This document shows positions 59,315 through 64,000 of a stretch of DNA of 64,000 nucleotides, piece by piece (the first letter of the stretch is position 1; each line of letters starts with the position of its first letter). The DNA lies in assembly GCA_938041435.1 (NCBI GenBank), contig CALISR010000008.1:5100-69099 (forward strand), given 5' to 3'. The notes under the pieces are model-generated. The model saw only the letters and a list, made by a program, of their open reading frames with translations, made no database searches and was not told the DNA's origin. The position numbers and the translations under genes were made by a program. The DNA is from an uncultured Candidatus Saccharibacteria bacterium (lineage in GTDB: Bacteria > Patescibacteriota > Saccharimonadia > Saccharimonadales > Saccharimonadaceae).

Positions 59315-59934
59315 TGGCTGAATCTACCAAGCCAGCAAAAGCAACCTTGCCAACCAGCGTCTTCGGCGTCGATGTGCCGAACCACGAGCTGCTCAAGCTC
59401 GCCTACGACGCATTCTTGGCAAACGCCCGCCAGGCAAGTGCAACCACCTTGCAGCGGGGCGAAGTCCGCGGTGGTGGCAAGAAGCCATGGCGGCAGAAGG
59501 GCACTGGCCGAGCTCGCTTTGGCAGTATCCGCAACCCAATTTGGCGGGGCGGTGGTGTGGTCTTTGGCCCACGTGGTAATGAAAATTACCGTAAGAAGTT
59601 GTCTAAGACCAGTAAACGTGTCGCTATCCGCCAAGCTCTCACACTGGCTCACCAGGCTGGCAAGATCCAGGTCTTGCCTTTTGAGGACAAGGTAACTGGC
59701 AAGACCAAAGACGCTGCGGCGTTTCTCCGCCAGTTCAAGCTTGAGCGCAAAGTGCTGCTCGTCGCTGGCGAGAAGTCGCCCGAGCTGATTCGCTCCACGG
59801 CCAACCTCCAGCAGGTGCTGGCTGTGAGTGCGATGTATCTCAATGTCTATTACATTCTTAATGCCGATCATATCGTCCTGTCGCCTCAGGCGCTGGATGT
59901 TATTACGGCGTGGCTCGCAAAGGAGGACAAATAA
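59314..59934 (+). CDS. rplD: 50S ribosomal protein L4
   Basis: RGEVRGGGKKPWRQKGTGRAR. Confidence 0.98.
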   Translation: MAESTKPAKATLPTSVFGVDVPNHELLKLAYDAFLANARQASATTLQRGEVRGGGKKPWRQKGTGRARFGSIRNPIWRGGGVVFGPRGNENYRKKLSKTSKRVAIRQALTLAHQAGKIQVLPFEDKVTGKTKDAAAFLRQFKLERKVLLVAGEKSPELIRSTANLQQVLAVSAMYLNVYYILNADHIVLSPQALDVITAWLAKEDK

Positions 59935-60267
59935 ATGCAACTCGTATTAGTCACTCCTCGCGCCACCGAAAAATCCTACCGGCTCATCACAAGCCAAAAC
60001 ACCTACATCTTTGATGTGCCACTGTCGGCTAACAAGCAGCAGATCGCTGCGGCTGTCGAGGCGCAATATGACGGCACTAAGGTAGCCAATGTCACTACCG
60101 CCGTGCAAAGCGGCAAAGCTATTCGCTACAGCCGGGGCAAGCGCCGCTATCCAGGCACCACACACCGCCACGACAGCAAAAAGGCGTATGTTCGCTTGAG
60201 TGAAGGCGAGATTAAGGTGTTTGAGACCGAAGAGCAGCCGCAAACAGAGCAGAAGGAGGATAAGTAA
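59935..60267 (+). CDS. rplW: 50S ribosomal protein L23
   Basis: TEKS, ANKQQI..AVE, KKAYVRL; operon position. Confidence 0.95.
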   Translation: MQLVLVTPRATEKSYRLITSQNTYIFDVPLSANKQQIAAAVEAQYDGTKVANVTTAVQSGKAIRYSRGKRRYPGTTHRHDSKKAYVRLSEGEIKVFETEEQPQTEQKEDK

Positions 60268-61103
60268 TGCCGATTAAGCAGTACAACCCAACCACTCCCG
60301 CCCGCCGCGGCATGACATCGCAGGATTTGAGCGATGTGACGACTCGCAAGCCACTCAAGAGCCTCGTTAAGGCTGGCAAGCAAAAGGCTGGCCGCAACAA
60401 CACTGGTAAGATCACCGTCCGGCACCGTGGTGGTGGCGTCAAGCGGCACTACCGCTTGCTCGACCATCGCTTGGCCGCTGGCTTGACGCTGACGGTAGAG
60501 GAGATCGAGTACGATCCAAACCGCAGTGCACGGATTGCCCGCGTCAAGGATCAGCACGGTCTCTACCACTACATCTTGGCTGACACCCAAATGACCAAGG
60601 GTAAGGTGCTCCAGACTGGTGCCGATGCGCCAATCGAGGCGAGCAACCGCATGCCACTGGCTAACATCCCGGTTGGTAGCCAGATCTACGCCATCGAGAT
60701 CAACCACGGTAAGGGTGCTCAGATGGTGCGTAGCGCTGGTACGAAAGCCCAGCTCATGGCTAAAGAAGACGGCTACGCCATGGTGCGGATGCCTAGCGGT
60801 GAGGTGCGCAAGTTCCGCCTTGAGTGCGAAGCCAGCATTGGCGTGGTAGGCAACGTCCAGCATCAGAATGTTAAGCTTGGCTCGGCCGGTCGCCGTCGCC
60901 GTATGGGGTGGCGTCCAAGCGTCCATGGTAAGGCTATGAACCCAGCCGATCACCCAATGGGTGGTGGTGAAGGCAAGACGGGCCCTGGCCGCATCCCGAA
61001 GACGCCATGGGGTAAGCCAGCAATTGGCTTCAAGACCCGCCGCCGCAAATCAACGAATAAGATGATTGTCCGCAGTCGTCACGAAGCTAAGAGGAAGAGG
61101 TAG
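60267..61103 (+). CDS. rplB: 50S ribosomal protein L2
   Basis: GRNNTGKITVRHRGGG, EYDPNRSA, MNPADHPMGGGEG. Confidence 0.98.
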   Translation: MPIKQYNPTTPARRGMTSQDLSDVTTRKPLKSLVKAGKQKAGRNNTGKITVRHRGGGVKRHYRLLDHRLAAGLTLTVEEIEYDPNRSARIARVKDQHGLYHYILADTQMTKGKVLQTGADAPIEASNRMPLANIPVGSQIYAIEINHGKGAQMVRSAGTKAQLMAKEDGYAMVRMPSGEVRKFRLECEASIGVVGNVQHQNVKLGSAGRRRRMGWRPSVHGKAMNPADHPMGGGEGKTGPGRIPKTPWGKPAIGFKTRRRKSTNKMIVRSRHEAKRKR

Positions 61104-61106
61104 TCT

Positions 61107-61373
61107 ATGAGTCGTTCACTCAAAAAAGGCCCATTCGTCGACGCGAAGCTTGCCAAAAAAGTGGCAGCGCTGAAAGTTGGCGACCGCACCGTGATAAAGA
61201 CCTGGGCCCGCAGCAGCACGATCACGCCAGAGATGGTGGGGTTCACCTTTGCAGTGCACAATGGTCGGGTGCATGTGCCGGTGCTGATTACAGAAAACAT
61301 GGTTGGCCACAAGCTCGGTGAGTTTAGCCCAACCCGTAAGTTCCGCAAGCACGGTGGAAAGGATAAGAAGTAA
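61107..61373 (+). CDS. rpsS: 30S ribosomal protein S19
   Basis: [25 protein letters not shown]. Confidence 0.98.
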   Translation: MSRSLKKGPFVDAKLAKKVAALKVGDRTVIKTWARSSTITPEMVGFTFAVHNGRVHVPVLITENMVGHKLGEFSPTRKFRKHGGKDKK

Positions 61374-61807
61374 TGGCCGCATCACAGACACAACAGGGGT
61401 CGAACGATGCACCAGCCATCGTTCGGGCGCACATCAAGGGTATAGACCAGACCCCGCGCAAGGTAAGCATTGTTGCCAGCCTGGTGCGTGGCCGCAGTGT
61501 GGCCGATGCGCTGGTCATTCTTGATCACACCCCGCGCCGCGCCGCACTGCCTGTTAAGAAGGCAATCGCCAGTGCCCAAGCCAATGCCATCAACAACCAT
61601 GGCCTTGACCCACGCAGTTTGCATATCCACAGCCTTAGCGTGACTGCTGGCCCACGCCTGCGCCGCTACAAGCCGGCCAGCCGTGGCCGGGCTCAGCCAT
61701 TCCAGAAGCGCTCGAGCCATATCTTGGTTGAGGTGAGTGGTGTGGAAAAGCAGGTCAAGAAGGTACTTGCCAAAGCAACCGATACAGCCAAGAAAGGAGA
61801 CAACTAA
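61373..61807 (+). CDS. rplV: 50S ribosomal protein L22
   Basis: TPRKV..VA.LVRG, SAQANA, RGRA..KRSSHI. Confidence 0.96.
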   Translation: MAASQTQQGSNDAPAIVRAHIKGIDQTPRKVSIVASLVRGRSVADALVILDHTPRRAALPVKKAIASAQANAINNHGLDPRSLHIHSLSVTAGPRLRRYKPASRGRAQPFQKRSSHILVEVSGVEKQVKKVLAKATDTAKKGDN

Positions 61808-62449
61808 ATGGGCCAAAAAGTAAACCCAGTCAGTTTCCGCCTCCAAGTCCACAAAAACTGGAGCTCGCGTTGGTTTGGCCAAAACAAGCGCGACTTTGCG
61901 GCTTGGTTGGCAGAAGACATTAAAATCCGTGAGCTGATTGAAGCTCGCTATGCAAGCCGGCCAACGATTGACCGGATCGAGATTGAGCGCAGCCCAAACC
62001 AGATTACCATCGCAATTCACACTGCCAAGGCTGGTGTGGTGATTGGCCGCGGTGGGGCTGGCGTGACAGAGCTCAAGCGACAGATCGAGAAGATCGCCAG
62101 CTTGCCAGTCCGTATCAATATTGAAGAGGTTCGTCGGCCAGAGCTCAGTGCCAAGCTGGTGTCGGAGAATATTGCTCGCCAGCTCGAGCGCCGCGCTAAC
62201 TTCCGTCGTGCTGTCAAGATGGCTGCCCAGAACACTATGAATAGTGGTGCAAAGGGTATCCGTATTGAGGTAGCCGGCCGGCTTAACAATGCCGAGATGG
62301 CACGCCGCGAGAAGGTCATCGAGGGCTCGGTGCCACTGCACACCTTGCGGGCCGATATCGACTTCCACACTGCACGGGCCAACTGCCCTGGCGTGGGTAT
62401 CGTCGGCGTCAAGGTCTGGATCTATAAGGGTGAAAGGAGTGCGAAGTAA
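61808..62449 (+). CDS. rpsC: 30S ribosomal protein S3
   Basis: [38 protein letters not shown]. Confidence 0.98.
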   Translation: MGQKVNPVSFRLQVHKNWSSRWFGQNKRDFAAWLAEDIKIRELIEARYASRPTIDRIEIERSPNQITIAIHTAKAGVVIGRGGAGVTELKRQIEKIASLPVRINIEEVRRPELSAKLVSENIARQLERRANFRRAVKMAAQNTMNSGAKGIRIEVAGRLNNAEMARREKVIEGSVPLHTLRADIDFHTARANCPGVGIVGVKVWIYKGERSAK

Positions 62450-62862
62450 TGTTACTACCAAAGAAAACAAAATTTCGCAAAGTCCGCATTGGCAAGAACC
62501 GAGGCAACGCCACACGGGGCAACTATATTGCCTTTGGTGACTATGGCCTGCAGAGTTTGAGCAACGAGCGCGTCACAAGCCGCCAGATCGAGGCAGCGCG
62601 CCAGGCAATGACCCGCTACGTCAAGCGTGGTGGCAAGATCTGGATTCGGATCTTCCCACACACCCCAGTGAGCCGCAAGCCACTGGGCCTGAAGATGGGC
62701 GGCGGTAAGGGTAACCCTGAGTTCTTTGTTGCGAAGGTCAAGAATGGCACCGTGATGTTTGAAATGAAGGGTGTGCCAGAGGATGTCGCCCGCGAGGCAA
62801 TGCGCCTGGCGAGCCACAAGCTCCCTGTCAAAACACGCTTTATTAAGAAAGAGGAGGCCTAG
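62449..62862 (+). CDS. rplP: 50S ribosomal protein L16
   Basis: [28 protein letters not shown]. Confidence 0.98.
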   Translation: MLLPKKTKFRKVRIGKNRGNATRGNYIAFGDYGLQSLSNERVTSRQIEAARQAMTRYVKRGGKIWIRIFPHTPVSRKPLGLKMGGGKGNPEFFVAKVKNGTVMFEMKGVPEDVAREAMRLASHKLPVKTRFIKKEEA

Positions 62863-62864
62863 CG

Positions 62865-63068
62865 ATGGCAGAGAATGCAGTCCCTGCAACAGAGGTCAAG
62901 AGCCTCGAGACACTCCAGCAAGAGCTGGCCGCCAAGCGCGCCGATCTGCTTGAGGCCCAGCGTGGCCACCGGGCAGGTGAGCTCGCTAACCCGCGGATCC
63001 TTGGCGTGTATCGCCGAGAGATTGCGCAGATACTAACGGAAATTAATCAGCGGAAAGGAACAAACTAA
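62865..63068 (+). CDS. rpmC: 50S ribosomal protein L29
   Basis: GELANP..RREIAQILT; operon position. Confidence 0.9.
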   Translation: MAENAVPATEVKSLETLQQELAAKRADLLEAQRGHRAGELANPRILGVYRREIAQILTEINQRKGTN

Positions 63069-63358
63069 TGGCCAAGACATTGACCGGCGTTGTTTCCTCG
63101 GCCGCGGGCAACAAGACCATCACGGTGACCGTGACCAGCCGCGAAACACACCCTATTTACGGCAAGCAATACACCGTCACCCGTAAGTATGCTGCTCACG
63201 ACGAGACAAACGATGCCAATGTTGGTGATACGGTGCGGGTCATCGAGACACGCCCGATCAGCAAGCGCAAAGCATTTCGGCTCGACGCCGTGCTCAAGCG
63301 CTCGCAGGGCTCGATTGAGCTCAAAAACGATGACGCAGGCGAAGAGGAGGCAGCATGA
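63068..63358 (+). CDS. rpsQ: 30S ribosomal protein S17
   Basis: GVVSS..KTITV, HPIYGK, AHDE, ETRPISK. Confidence 0.96.
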   Translation: MAKTLTGVVSSAAGNKTITVTVTSRETHPIYGKQYTVTRKYAAHDETNDANVGDTVRVIETRPISKRKAFRLDAVLKRSQGSIELKNDDAGEEEAA

Positions 63359-63723
63359 TCCAGCAAGAATCTCGCCTTAAGGTAACAGACAACAGTGGTG
63401 CAAAGTCCATCTTGTGTATCCGCGTGCTGGGTGGCACTCGGCGTCGCTACGCTCGGGTGGGTGATGTGATTGTCGCCAGCGTTAAAGACGCCAGCCCGAC
63501 TGGCAACGTCAAGAAGAAGTCTATCGTTAAGGCAGTGGTGGTGCGCACCCGCGACCAGATCCGCCGCAAAGATGGCAGCACCATCTGCTTCGACGACAAC
63601 GCTGCCGTCATTATCAACGACGATAAGACACCCAAGGCAACTCGTGTCTTTGGCCCTGTGCCACGCGAATTGCGCGACCTTGGCTACAGCAAGATCATTA
63701 GCTTGGCACCGGAGGTACTCTAA
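63355..63723 (+). CDS. rplN: 50S ribosomal protein L14
   Basis: [35 protein letters not shown]. Confidence 0.98.
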   Translation: MIQQESRLKVTDNSGAKSILCIRVLGGTRRRYARVGDVIVASVKDASPTGNVKKKSIVKAVVVRTRDQIRRKDGSTICFDDNAAVIINDDKTPKATRVFGPVPRELRDLGYSKIISLAPEVL

Positions 63724-64000
63724 TGGCACAGCGCATCAAAAAAGACGATATCGTCAAGATCATCAGTGGTGACGACAAAGGCACGACGGGTAAGGTACTG
63801 GCCGTTAACCCCGCTCAGCAGACCGCATTGGTCGAGGGCGTGGGGCTGCGCCACCGCCACGTCAAGCCAAGCCAGCTCAACCCACGTGGGGGCACCAAGG
63901 AGATTCATGTGCCAGTGCCACTGAGCAAGCTCGCGCTGGTTGTCGACGAAGCAGCTGGCACAACAAGCCGCATTGGCTATACTACTAATGCTGAGGGCGC
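63723..64000 (+). CDS. rplX: 50S ribosomal protein L24 (partial, runs off the window)
   Basis: Translated by hand: [33 protein letters not shown]. Confidence 0.93.
   Translation, partial: MAQRIKKDDIVKIISGDDKGTTGKVLAVNPAQQTALVEGVGLRHRHVKPSQLNPRGGTKEIHVPVPLSKLALVVDEAAGTTSRIGYTTNAEG

Noticed and set aside
58834..63729. Long minus-strand ORFs across the ribosomal operon (also opposite ileS, ftsA, infB)
   Set aside because: Antisense shadows expected from GC-rich codon bias

Overview
Bacterial chromosomal segment in the standard genetic code. It is most consistent with Saccharibacteria (TM7, Patescibacteria/CPR); this is inferred from two DUF5663-like genes, a short IF-2 and S1, LID-less Adk and an S10 cluster starting at rplC. 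Core genes: rpsA, infB, fmt, def, priA, recJ, rpsU, yqeY, adk, map, ftsA, ftsZ, nrdR, ileS, lemA, htpX, ligA, pta, rplU, prmC and rplC-rplX, plus tRNA-Cys(GCA) and tRNA-Leu(TAA). These alternate with accessory genes (an HTH-Panacea/RelE-like pair, small-enzyme clusters, orphans) and unusually long ORF-free intergenic DNA. The most striking feature is a ~1,610-aa IleRS. Its editing (CP1) domain carries three in-frame foreign enzyme domains (one LMW-phosphatase/ArsC-like, two YdeN-like alpha/beta hydrolases). Its anticodon-binding region carries a ~150-nt palindromic DNA element translated in frame. Other notable signals: apparent leaderless genes, including a symmetric 20-bp bidirectional promoter; two promoters with (AG)n tracts in the -35/-10 spacer; cysteine-free zinc-finger regions in NrdR and LigA; several structured ncRNA candidates; two dispersed intergenic repeat families; and a possible three-member orphan protein family. 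All calls are by eye, without database searches.
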